A stretch of 62,509 nt of DNA from an uncultured virus (IMG/VR IMGVR_UViG_3300008110_000016). Its lineage: Duplodnaviria > Heunggongvirae > Uroviricota > Caudoviricetes. The translations under genes were made by a program, and so were the position numbers. The notes beneath the pieces are model-generated. The model ran no database searches and was not told where the DNA came from. It saw nothing but the letters and a program-made list of their open reading frames with translations. Location: the IMG/VR virus record IMGVR_UViG_3300008110_000016; one strand, written 5' to 3'. The stretch's first letter is position 1. Each line of letters opens with the position of its first letter. Below, piece by piece: positions 10,884 to 19,983 of the stretch.

Positions 10884-11057
10884 ATGGCAATGTATGGTGA
10901 TAATATGAAAAAGGGTGGCATGAAAAAAGGTGCTACTAAAAAAGCTGCCATGAAAAAAGGCGCAGCCAAAAAGAGTGAGGGCATGACCGCAGCTCAAAAG
11001 AAGCTTCCCCCTTTCATTCAAAAGGCTATCATGAATAAGAAGAAAAAGGGTAAGTAA
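10884..11057 (+). CDS. small Lys-rich protein
   Basis: AAGGAG SD, MAMYGDNMKKGG... Confidence 0.7.
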   Translation: MAMYGDNMKKGGMKKGATKKAAMKKGAAKKSEGMTAAQKKLPPFIQKAIMNKKKKGK

Positions 11058-11059
11058 TA

Positions 11060-11275
11060 ATGGCAGCAAAGAAAAAAGCTGACAAAAAATGGATCCAAGG
11101 TGCAATTAAAAGACCAGGTGCTTTTACTGCTAAGGCTAAGAAGGCAGGTAAGTCTGTTGCTGGAATGGCAGCAGCTGTAACAAAGAATCCAGATAAATAC
11201 AGTGCAACAACTGTACGTCAAGCTAATCTAGCTAAAACTCTTAGAAAGATTTCTGCTAAGAAAAAGAAGAAGTAA
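11060..11275 (+). CDS. small basic phage protein
   Basis: KWIQGAIKRPGAFT...RQANLAKTL. Confidence 0.8.
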   Translation: MAAKKKADKKWIQGAIKRPGAFTAKAKKAGKSVAGMAAAVTKNPDKYSATTVRQANLAKTLRKISAKKKKK

Positions 11276-11276
11276 T

Positions 11277-11456
11277 ATGGCCAAGGTAAATAAACCAACT
11301 AAACCAGCTTTGTGGTCATCTGCAAAGTCTCAAGCAAAAGCAAAATTTGACGTATACCCATCAGCCTATGCAAATGCATGGGCTGTAAAAAAGTATAAGT
11401 CAATGGGTGGTGGTTGGAGAACTGTATCTTCTACTAAAGGTAAGAAGAAGAAATAA
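11277..11456 (+). CDS. small basic phage protein
   Basis: KFDVYPSAYANAWAVKKYKSMGGGW. Confidence 0.75.
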   Translation: MAKVNKPTKPALWSSAKSQAKAKFDVYPSAYANAWAVKKYKSMGGGWRTVSSTKGKKKK

Positions 11457-11457
11457 T

Positions 11458-11742
11458 ATGGCTGGTCCAAAGGGTGTTGGCTTAACTAAATGGTTTAACC
11501 AAAAATGGGTAAACATTGGTGCCCCAAAGAAAAAGGGTAAGTTTCAGCCCTGCGGAACATCTGGTGCTAATGGTACTGGATATGCAAAGTGCGTTCCTGC
11601 TGCAAAAGCTAGGGCAATGACTCCAGCACAAAGGAAAAGTGCAGTACAGAGAAAAAGAAAGTCTGGCACTCCTCAGAAAGGAGTTAAAGGTCAGGCCCCT
11701 AGAAATGTTTCTACTTTTGCAAAAGGAAAAAAGAAAAAGTAA
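11458..11742 (+). CDS. small basic phage protein
   Basis: GLTKWFNQKWVNIG...KCVPAAKA. Confidence 0.75.
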   Translation: MAGPKGVGLTKWFNQKWVNIGAPKKKGKFQPCGTSGANGTGYAKCVPAAKARAMTPAQRKSAVQRKRKSGTPQKGVKGQAPRNVSTFAKGKKKK

Positions 11743-11746
11743 TCTA

Positions 11747-11965
11747 ATGTCAGATGAAATAGAAAACAGCTTTAGTGGCTTTATGCCAATGATAAGCTAT
11801 GTTAATGTCAGCGAAGCAAATACGATGCTCTCCACAGAAGGAGAGCTTGTTCGAGCGCATACGGTCAATATCGTTACTAAGAACGGGGATAACTACGTTT
11901 TTAGTATGGATCCAGTTGATCTTATGCGCTTAGCTTTTTTGGTATTTAAAGTAGCTGGACAGTAA
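11747..11965 (+). CDS. hypothetical protein
   Basis: ORF from MSDEIEN. Confidence 0.55.
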   Translation: MSDEIENSFSGFMPMISYVNVSEANTMLSTEGELVRAHTVNIVTKNGDNYVFSMDPVDLMRLAFLVFKVAGQ

Positions 11966-11986
11966 TAAAAAAGGTATAATTGTTAT

Positions 11987-12226
11987 ATGAGTGAACAAAT
12001 GTGGACATGGCTTTTATTTGCCATGGAATTAATAGGGGTAGTTGGAAGCTATCTAGTTGGAAATAAGAAATGGTATGGACATTTAATCGTTGCCTTGCAT
12101 TCTTTTCCGTGGGTGCTATACTCTATAGTGTTTGACAAGCCAGGATTTTTGGCTATGTGGGCTCTGTGGCAGTGGGTTCACTGGAGAAATATGTTTAGAT
12201 GGAGAAAAGATAGTGTCAAATCCTAA
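11987..12226 (+). CDS. small multi-TM membrane protein (PnuC-like)
   Basis: Three hydrophobic Trp-rich segments; TATAAT upstream. Confidence 0.6.
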   Translation: MSEQMWTWLLFAMELIGVVGSYLVGNKKWYGHLIVALHSFPWVLYSIVFDKPGFLAMWALWQWVHWRNMFRWRKDSVKS

Positions 12227-12923
12227 AGCTTCCATAATTATTACTAGCTATAATCAACCAGAATATTTAAAGCTATGTATTGATTCTTGTATTAACCAAA
12301 CTTATGAAAACATTGAGATCATAGTTGGTGACGATAATTCATCAGATGATGCGGTTTGGGATGTTATTAATAGTTATTCAGATGAAAGAGTTATATCCTT
12401 TAATTCAAAAATATCTGACGAACAAAGACCACTAACAGCACGTTATGCTACACAAATAAATACGGCTGTTAAAGAATATTCATCTGGTAAGTATCTTTTC
12501 TATTTACCAGATGATGATATTTTTTATCCAGACAAAGTAAGAATGCAGGTTGAGCACGCTGAAGAAACAGGCGTAGACGTAAACTACGCTGCACAGGATT
12601 TTATTGATGCTTCTGGAAGAGTAGCTGGAACTAGGTATGATGGTACTGGTGAAGTTTCTGGAAGAATACTTGACGATGGTCACGGTATTCTAGATCATGG
12701 TCAAGTTATGAATACTCGCCAAGCTTATGATAATGTTGGCGGATGGGAAGATGATCCAGGAATGTGGGGTGGAGCAGATGCCTACTTCTGGAGTAGATTA
12801 AGTAGAGCTGGTTATAAATTCTATCCACTTCCTTTCTTATGTTTATCAGCAAAAAGATACAGAGAGCACTCTGTCCAATGGAATGTAGCACAAAATTTAA
12901 TTCCATGGAAAAATAGTCGATGA
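12213..12923 (+). CDS. glycosyltransferase family 2
   Basis: SIIITSYN...QTYENIEIIVGDDNSSD, LPDDD. Confidence 0.9.
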   Translation: MSNPKASIIITSYNQPEYLKLCIDSCINQTYENIEIIVGDDNSSDDAVWDVINSYSDERVISFNSKISDEQRPLTARYATQINTAVKEYSSGKYLFYLPDDDIFYPDKVRMQVEHAEETGVDVNYAAQDFIDASGRVAGTRYDGTGEVSGRILDDGHGILDHGQVMNTRQAYDNVGGWEDDPGMWGGADAYFWSRLSRAGYKFYPLPFLCLSAKRYREHSVQWNVAQNLIPWKNSR

Positions 12924-13801
12924 AGCTAGTTGTTGTAGCGCCTGGTAATTTTGCACCATCGGGAGGACCGGAAGCTTTACATCAGTTAGTACACATGGCT
13001 AATGTAGTTGAACCAGGAAGCTGTGGCATATTATATGAACCTTCAGATTTTTTACAGCAGTCCATAGAACCATATTTAAAATATAATTGTCCCATAATAA
13101 GAAAAGAAGATTTACCTTCCAACGCTTTAGTTGTTCTACCCGAGATATGGCCAGAGTTATCTAATAATTTTTCCAATAAATGTGCACTGTGGTGGTTGTC
13201 GGTTGATTTTTTTGGCACACAGGGTCATTCTAAAATTAATGGAATAGATTATCATCTAGCCCAGTCGCACTACGCTTATGAGCATGTTTCATCACTCACA
13301 AAACAAAAGCCATTAATGTTGAGCGATTGGATTGATATAAATATAAAAGAATCAAGTAATTCTAATAATACAATTTGTGTAAATCCAGCCAAAGGCGCTG
13401 ATTTAATAGAATTATTTGAGTCAAAAAATCCTGATCTTTCTTTTATTAAACTAAGATCGATGACTAAGGTTGATGTTATAAATTCTTTATTATCTTCAAA
13501 AATTTATATAGATTTTGGACATCATCCAGGTAAGGATAGAATACCAAGAGAAGCTAGCTTATGTGGCTGTGTTGTTTTAGTTAAGAACTCTGGCGCAGCA
13601 AAATACTATGAAGATGTCTCTATAGATAACTATTACAAGTTTGATGATCTAGAAGAGTTGAATATAAAAGTTAGAGATATTTTGTTTAATTTTTCTTATC
13701 ATCAAGAAAAACAGTTCACTTATAGGGATAAAACAAGAAATGAAAAAGAAATTTTTAGACTAGAAGTTTCTAAATTATTAGAATTAGCGAGTTTACAATG
13801 A
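12920..13801 (+). CDS. GT-B-type glycosyltransferase-like protein
   Basis: GGPEALHQL, YIDFGHHPGKDRIPREA. Confidence 0.7.
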   Translation: MKLVVVAPGNFAPSGGPEALHQLVHMANVVEPGSCGILYEPSDFLQQSIEPYLKYNCPIIRKEDLPSNALVVLPEIWPELSNNFSNKCALWWLSVDFFGTQGHSKINGIDYHLAQSHYAYEHVSSLTKQKPLMLSDWIDINIKESSNSNNTICVNPAKGADLIELFESKNPDLSFIKLRSMTKVDVINSLLSSKIYIDFGHHPGKDRIPREASLCGCVVLVKNSGAAKYYEDVSIDNYYKFDDLEELNIKVRDILFNFSYHQEKQFTYRDKTRNEKEIFRLEVSKLLELASLQ

Positions 13802-14529
13802 ACGCAAATAAAGTTATTGAAGATGTAAAGAATATTTTTAAAAATATAGATAAGTCTTTGCTCTTGGATCAAAATTATCTAGAACAAAACCTTATTGTCG
13901 ATCTTGGTTTAAATAATGAAAATCTTACTGAGCAGCCGATAGAATTGTCTGAACACTTTGGTGGAGGATTAGGGCTTAGAATTTGGCAGTACCCAAATCA
14001 GTTTTCTAAATACATGGTTGAGTTATCAAAACATGCCGATAAAATAACATCTTACTTAGAGATAGGTTGTAGGCATGGTGGAACGTATGTACTTACAACT
14101 GAATTTCTTAAGGTTATAAATACAAACTTTAAAAGATCTACGGCTATAGATATTATAGAAGCTAATGAAATACTTCAGTCTTATGTTGGTCTTACAAGTG
14201 AAGCTGAGTTTATAAAAATGAATTCAGGTTCTCAAGAGTTTAAAGATTTTATTTCAAGTAATTTTTTTGACATAGTCTTTATAGACGGTGACCATTCATA
14301 TGATTTTGTGAAGAACGATGCAGAAATTACAAGAAACTACTGCAATATTCAAGTATTTCATGACACGGTAAACGATGCTTGTCCAGGTGTTGGAATTTAC
14401 TGGAATGAATTAAAAAATACCCATAGTAGTATGTATGATTTTTTTGATTTTACAGATCAGTATGATTCCGTTGACGGCACTTACCTTGGAATAGGAGTTG
14501 CCGTACGCAAAGAGTGGATTACTATATAA
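13798..14529 (+). CDS. class I SAM methyltransferase (Methyltransf_24-like)
   Basis: YLEIGCRHGG, FIDGDHSY, VFHD. Confidence 0.85.
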   Translation: MNANKVIEDVKNIFKNIDKSLLLDQNYLEQNLIVDLGLNNENLTEQPIELSEHFGGGLGLRIWQYPNQFSKYMVELSKHADKITSYLEIGCRHGGTYVLTTEFLKVINTNFKRSTAIDIIEANEILQSYVGLTSEAEFIKMNSGSQEFKDFISSNFFDIVFIDGDHSYDFVKNDAEITRNYCNIQVFHDTVNDACPGVGIYWNELKNTHSSMYDFFDFTDQYDSVDGTYLGIGVAVRKEWITI

Positions 14530-14558
14530 ACTATAATTATAATAAAAAGGAGAAACAA

Positions 14559-15083
14559 ATGCCCAGAAAGTATACTGGAAACACCGATGGCAATGGCGGT
14601 AAGGCTAAGCCAGGTACTACTAAATTAGTAGAATTTATGCAGAAGAGATGGGGTTTCACCAATCTTGGAATTTATGCCAATAGATCAATGAATAACCCTA
14701 AAGCTACACCTGGTGATCCAAAGTGGCTATCAGTCCACGCTACAGGTCGTGCATGTGACGTTGGTTACGCCAATAGAAAAGCTGCCCTTCAGGCATGGGA
14801 TTGGTTGCTTGCCAATACTGCTGCTTTAGGTATTGAAGAAATACACGACTACGCCTTTGATAAAGATGGTAAAGAAGGTCCAGCAAAAGCTTGGGGTCGC
14901 GGTTACCGCTGCTCAAGAGGCGAAGGCGCAAAAGGCGTAAAGGTCTATGACGCTAAAGATAACGCTGGTTCAATGGGCGGTAAGTGGCTGCACATTGAGC
15001 TTTCTCCAGAAATGGCAAACGACGCTGCTAAATTTGAAGCTGCGTGGAAAGCAATTCCAAAACCAGATCCAATTATTAAGTAG
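14559..15083 (+). CDS. endolysin, M15-type (LAS) peptidase
   Basis: SVHATGRACD and WLHIE zinc motifs; AAGGAG SD. Confidence 0.75.
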   Translation: MPRKYTGNTDGNGGKAKPGTTKLVEFMQKRWGFTNLGIYANRSMNNPKATPGDPKWLSVHATGRACDVGYANRKAALQAWDWLLANTAALGIEEIHDYAFDKDGKEGPAKAWGRGYRCSRGEGAKGVKVYDAKDNAGSMGGKWLHIELSPEMANDAAKFEAAWKAIPKPDPIIK

Positions 15084-15136
15084 CAATTTGCCAGTAGTAC
15101 TGGTATAATATACTCCTTGCTACGGAGGCCGGTGCT

Positions 15137-15170
15137 AGCCCCAGTGACTTAAGTGTCACTGGGGCTTTCC
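15137..15170 (+). terminator. intrinsic terminator-like hairpin
   Basis: AGCCCCAGTGAC-TTAAGT-GTCACTGGGGCT perfect 12-bp stem. Confidence 0.75.
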
Positions 15171-15240
15171 CCTTTATTGGGCCGCCACTAAATTACGCAT
15201 AGCCTATTACTATAAAGGGTGTCTACCTGGAGGGGTAATA

Positions 15241-18200
15241 ATGCGTATAAAACCACGTCGCGGATCTTGGATTCTTGCTGTACTTTTTAGTATTGCTGTA
15301 TCGTTTCCACAAATACAAGCAAATGCTTCTCAAAATGGAGAAGTAATATTTGGCTATCAACAGGGAACTATTTCTCAGCAAAACAATGTAAATCTGTCTG
15401 GGAAAACATTAGTTTCTTATGAAGTAAAAGCTAGAGAGACGCAGGACTGGAAGCCAGCTGACGACCCACTTGGGATAATGTTATCCTTTTATGACGCTTC
15501 AAATAACTTGTTAGGAACATCTCTTCCATTTAATACAACCCTATCATCATCTACTTATCAATCTTTTACTGGTTCAGAAAACCCTTCTTCTTTGCAATTT
15601 TGGAATGATGTAAGCTCAATAAAGGTATCTGTAACTGGTGGAGATGGTGAATTCTGGGCTGGAAATTACGGAACCGCTTTAGATTTTGTTAAGCTATTTG
15701 TGGACGGGACTCAAGTATTGTCTAACTCAGAGTTTAATGATGGTGACACTGGTTGGAGTTCCGATATTGGTTGGCAGGCTTGTTCTGGAGGAAGCGGCGG
15801 AGCACCTTGTGTGAATATCTCCGCTCCAGCTACTTCATTAGAAGTTACATCACTTGCCGACACACTTGATTCTGGCACTTTGAGATGGGCTATAACACAG
15901 GCAAATGCTACTAGTGGTGGTATTTATGACAGCATTACTTTTGCCAGCGGTTTATCTGGAACAATAACCTTAACGTCAGCACTGCCAGCAATATCTCAAA
16001 ACTTAACAATAATTGGACCAGGACAAGGATCCTTAATAATTGATGGTAACGCTTTATATAGGCCGTTTATGGTCAACCAAAGTGTCACATTAGGTGTTTC
16101 AAATTTAACTCTTAAAAAGGGTCAGAATGTTAGTGGTGGATTAATTTACAACAACAGAGGAACTGTTACAGCTTCTAATGTTAGATTTACCAGCATGACT
16201 GGAGGAAGTGCAGTATTTAATAACAATGGCGGAGCGGTAGCCACATATACAGACTGTACATTTGATAATCTTTCTATAGGAATTGCGGGCGACTATGGAT
16301 CAACTCCATCATTACCTGCCGGCACTACCAGTTGGGAAAACTATGCCGACTCTGGTTTTCAAAATAGAACTTATGTAAACAGAGGAACATTTAACAATAA
16401 CTGGGCAGGTATCTATAATTATAGATTTACTAAGATTGAAAACTCCACATTTTCCAATAATAGTTATGGCGCAAATGTTACTGGTTTAAACAGGACCCAG
16501 ATTTATAACTCAACATTTAATACCAACAGCATAGCCGTTTATCACAATGCCTGGATTCCTCCAACATTTAACATGGGTACTGATAATAGATTAATTACTG
16601 GTAATAACTTTATTAACAATGGTACATCAATTTATCTAGACGATGGATATAACAACGGCAATAAGTATCAGGGTTGGTCAACTATATCTAATAATACATG
16701 GGATGAAAACGGAACATGGATTCAATATTATTATTGGAACGGTTCTACAAACGTAGGTGCAACAGCTACTCCATATAGCACTGGGACACAGTTTATTCAA
16801 TCTTCAAACACTGTTCCAACAACAACAACCACTACCACAACAACTACGACTACCACAACCACTGTACCAGAAACTACTACTACAGAGCCAGAAACAACTA
16901 CAACTGAGCCATCGGTTGTCCCTCCTCCTGTTGAAACTATTCCAACAGAAAATACTACTGTCTCAATTCCAGAGCTAGATCCAACTCCAGTTTCAACTCC
17001 TGAAACAGAAACCACAACAGTAACTATTCCAGAACAAGATACAACACCTGTTTCTACTCCAGAAATAGATACAACCCCAGTAACAATTCCAGAGCCAGAA
17101 GATTTACCAAATGAAACAATTCCAGAAGTAAGTATTCCAGAACAGACGCAAAATACAGCAGATGAAACAGTTACTGATATCTTTAAAAATTCAGATGATG
17201 CAGATGAACTTGGGGCTGCGGTAACTGATGCAATTTCTAACGCTGACTCTCCTGAAGAAATTGCAGCGCTAGTTACATCTCTTTTTGATGGACCAATGAA
17301 CAATGAAGAGTTTTCAGCTGTTGTTGATTCCGTTTTTGCCGATGATCTTTCAACTGAAGAATTAAGTGCGGTTTTGGACGCAGTCTTTACTGAGCCATTG
17401 TCAGATGAAAAATTTACTGAAGTAATAGATGCAGTTTTGGACTCTCCACTTACTGATGAACAATTTGCAGAAGTTGTTGAAATACTTGAATCCGACAACG
17501 TTACTGAAGAACAAGTTTCTACAGCGGTTGACAATATTTTAGAAAATGGCATTACAGAAGATCAAGCAACCGAACTTGCTACAAGCGAAAAAGTTTTGGA
17601 AAGCATTGACGCAGACCAGGCGGCAGACATCTTCGAGGAAATTCCAGTTAGTGATTTAACAGAGGAAGAAGAGGCAGCACTTGTTGAAGCTGTTACTGAC
17701 GCTCCAGAAGAGGTTAAAAATGCATTCGAAGAAACAATTGACGTATATGCAGCAGGTCTTGATGACTACGTTGCCGTTGGTTCTAACATTGATGTAGGGT
17801 CAAGAAGAACTCTACTTGCAGCCACAACAGCGATGGCTAGCGTAACTGTTGCAGCAGCTGGTTCTGCTGGAGGATCAGGTGGAGGTAACGGTGGTGGATC
17901 TGGTGGAGGAAATGGATCTGGATCTGGATCAAATAATAACTCTGCTAGAAAAGAAGAGGAACAAGAAGACGAGGAAGAAGAGTCCGCAGAAATAGAAGGA
18001 CCGGAAGGCGACGAAGAAGAAAATAATTTTACAAGAAATAGTATATTTAAATATCAGGAGGGAACAATGAAAAGAACTTTTAGCCCTTGGGGGTTTGTCA
18101 AAAAGTTCGCAAAGGAAACAGCTGCACTAGCCTTTACTATATCAGGAACAGTAATAGTTTTTGCAACTCTTTCTGGCGATACAAGAAAAATAACCTTAAT

Positions 18201-18261
18201 AGCAACCAGCGTTGCTTTTGCGGTTCATTACATAAATGCTATGTTACAAAACGACGAGTGA
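15241..18261 (+). CDS. large secreted, membrane-anchored protein with beta-helix, Thr/Pro linker and acidic repeats
   Basis: Signal peptide, 'GTLRWAI..AN' beta-helix cap, T-rich linker, acidic helical repeats, C-terminal TM pair. Confidence 0.8.
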   Translation: MRIKPRRGSWILAVLFSIAVSFPQIQANASQNGEVIFGYQQGTISQQNNVNLSGKTLVSYEVKARETQDWKPADDPLGIMLSFYDASNNLLGTSLPFNTTLSSSTYQSFTGSENPSSLQFWNDVSSIKVSVTGGDGEFWAGNYGTALDFVKLFVDGTQVLSNSEFNDGDTGWSSDIGWQACSGGSGGAPCVNISAPATSLEVTSLADTLDSGTLRWAITQANATSGGIYDSITFASGLSGTITLTSALPAISQNLTIIGPGQGSLIIDGNALYRPFMVNQSVTLGVSNLTLKKGQNVSGGLIYNNRGTVTASNVRFTSMTGGSAVFNNNGGAVATYTDCTFDNLSIGIAGDYGSTPSLPAGTTSWENYADSGFQNRTYVNRGTFNNNWAGIYNYRFTKIENSTFSNNSYGANVTGLNRTQIYNSTFNTNSIAVYHNAWIPPTFNMGTDNRLITGNNFINNGTSIYLDDGYNNGNKYQGWSTISNNTWDENGTWIQYYYWNGSTNVGATATPYSTGTQFIQSSNTVPTTTTTTTTTTTTTTTVPETTTTEPETTTTEPSVVPPPVETIPTENTTVSIPELDPTPVSTPETETTTVTIPEQDTTPVSTPEIDTTPVTIPEPEDLPNETIPEVSIPEQTQNTADETVTDIFKNSDDADELGAAVTDAISNADSPEEIAALVTSLFDGPMNNEEFSAVVDSVFADDLSTEELSAVLDAVFTEPLSDEKFTEVIDAVLDSPLTDEQFAEVVEILESDNVTEEQVSTAVDNILENGITEDQATELATSEKVLESIDADQAADIFEEIPVSDLTEEEEAALVEAVTDAPEEVKNAFEETIDVYAAGLDDYVAVGSNIDVGSRRTLLAATTAMASVTVAAAGSAGGSGGGNGGGSGGGNGSGSGSNNNSARKEEEQEDEEEESAEIEGPEGDEEENNFTRNSIFKYQEGTMKRTFSPWGFVKKFAKETAALAFTISGTVIVFATLSGDTRKITLIATSVAFAVHYINAMLQNDE

Positions 18262-18272
18262 GGGGAAACAAG

Positions 18273-19668
18273 TTGAAAAAATTAGGTTTACTTTTAATAT
18301 TCTTGGGAGTATTAATTGGTACTAATACAATTTCTTTTGATAGACAAAATAATCAGTTTATTGTAGCTGGGACTCCAGCCCTAGCTACAACCGGTGGACG
18401 GGCCAATAGTTCTAGATGGAATGGATCCTGTCTGTCACTCTGGATATGAAGGAACATGGGGTTATATAGCCCAGGTATTAAAGAAGACATACGACGGTGC
18501 AACAAATGTTAACACTGGAAAAATTGCAATACTTGGAGCAAATGGTGCAAATAACTCTTGTGGTGGAAACTGGAATACTCTTTTAACCACTAAATATTTA
18601 GGACAATTTACCACTGCTCCAACTGTTGTTTTTTATAACAGCTTAACAGAAGTAAATAATTTCTTTACAAATATTAATACAATAAAGCCAACTGTTATTT
18701 GGATCCCAGATAACTGGAGTAGACCAGCAACTGTTGAGTCTGCATTTACAACAAACGCAGAAGTTATTGCAGACTTTGTAAACTCTGGTGGTGGTCTTTT
18801 TGCAAACATGGGCAGCTATGGCTGGCTAACAGCATTGCTCCCTAGTGCTGTTTATAATAATGGAGGCTGTAATGGCGGTCCAGAAGCTACAGCAGATGGC
18901 ATAGCTGACTTTGATTTAACCAATGCAAAAGTAGCAGCGTGTTGGCATGGATACTTTACTGGTAATGTTGGAACTTTAAAAGTTCTCGTTGACTATCCAT
19001 ATCCATCTTTAACTGATACTAGAAAAGCGGTGTCAATAGGTGGAGGATCAGTGTCGCTACCAAGTTCCTTTACATTGGCAATTAGTCCAACATCTCCAAA
19101 TGCAGGAGAAGATTTAATTATAACAGCTACTGCCCAAACTATTTCTGGGGTTCCTCAAGCTGGAGTTACAGTAACCATAACCGTAAGCAGTGGCCCAGAT
19201 GCTGGCCAAGTTTTAACTGCAACTACAAATGCTTCTGGAGTTGCCACAATAACAGTTAGGACTAATACTCAAGGAACAGCTGTTTATACTGCAACAGCAA
19301 CTGTTAATGGTGTAGCTAAGACTGTTTCAGCTACTGTTAATTGGAATCCGCCTACTACTACGACGGCAGCTCCAACCACAACAGCAGCTCCTACAACTAC
19401 GACTGAGGCTCCCGCTACAACAATAGCCCCCACTACGACAGTAGAGCCAACTACGACAGTAGCTTTAGTGACCATAGTCGAGCCAACTACCACAGTTGAG
19501 ACCACTGTTGTGCCACAAAGCACACAAGCTCCGACAACAACGGTGCACGACCACAGCACCCATGACCATGGACCCCTTCCAAGAACTGGATCGAGTTTAT
19601 TTGCATGGGTTTTAATAGCAATTGGTCTAATGTTTTTTGGTATATCTGTTCTTAAAATTAAAAAATAA
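18273..19668 (+). CDS. secreted Ig-like (Big) domain protein with LPxTG sorting signal (about 464 aa), +1 recoded at CGGG 18399-18402
   Basis: TTG start after GAGGGG gives signal peptide KKLGLLLIFLGVLIG; joins downstream ORF as ATTGG-G-PIVLDG; ends LPRTG + TM + KIKK. Confidence 0.85.
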
Positions 19669-19723
19669 AGGAATACAGAGAAAAGAACAAGACAAGGAAT
19701 AATTCATTACTATAGGAGGGAAA

Positions 19724-19973
19724 GTGAAAACGATTAGTAATATTTTGTTAAGGATAGTAGCAACATTTGCTGCCTCAGGGTTAAGCGTTATAGGAGCCGG
19801 TGCCATAGCTGGCGTTCCCCTATGGAAGGCTTGCTTTATGGCACGGAATGGCAGGAGTTGCTACAGTAGTCGAAGGTTTATCAAGAGCTTTCTTGGACGA
19901 TGGCAAACTATCCACAGCAGAAATTAATCAGGTTTTTAATAAGGTTGATAAGAAGGCTTCTAAACCAGAATAA
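19724..19973 (+). CDS. holin-like 2-TM protein (about 82 aa), +1 recoded at CGGA 19844-19847
   Basis: WKACFMA-G-MAGVATVVEGLSRAFLDDGKLSTAEINQVF to TAA 19971-19973. Confidence 0.75.
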
Positions 19974-19983
19974 GGATTGATTA

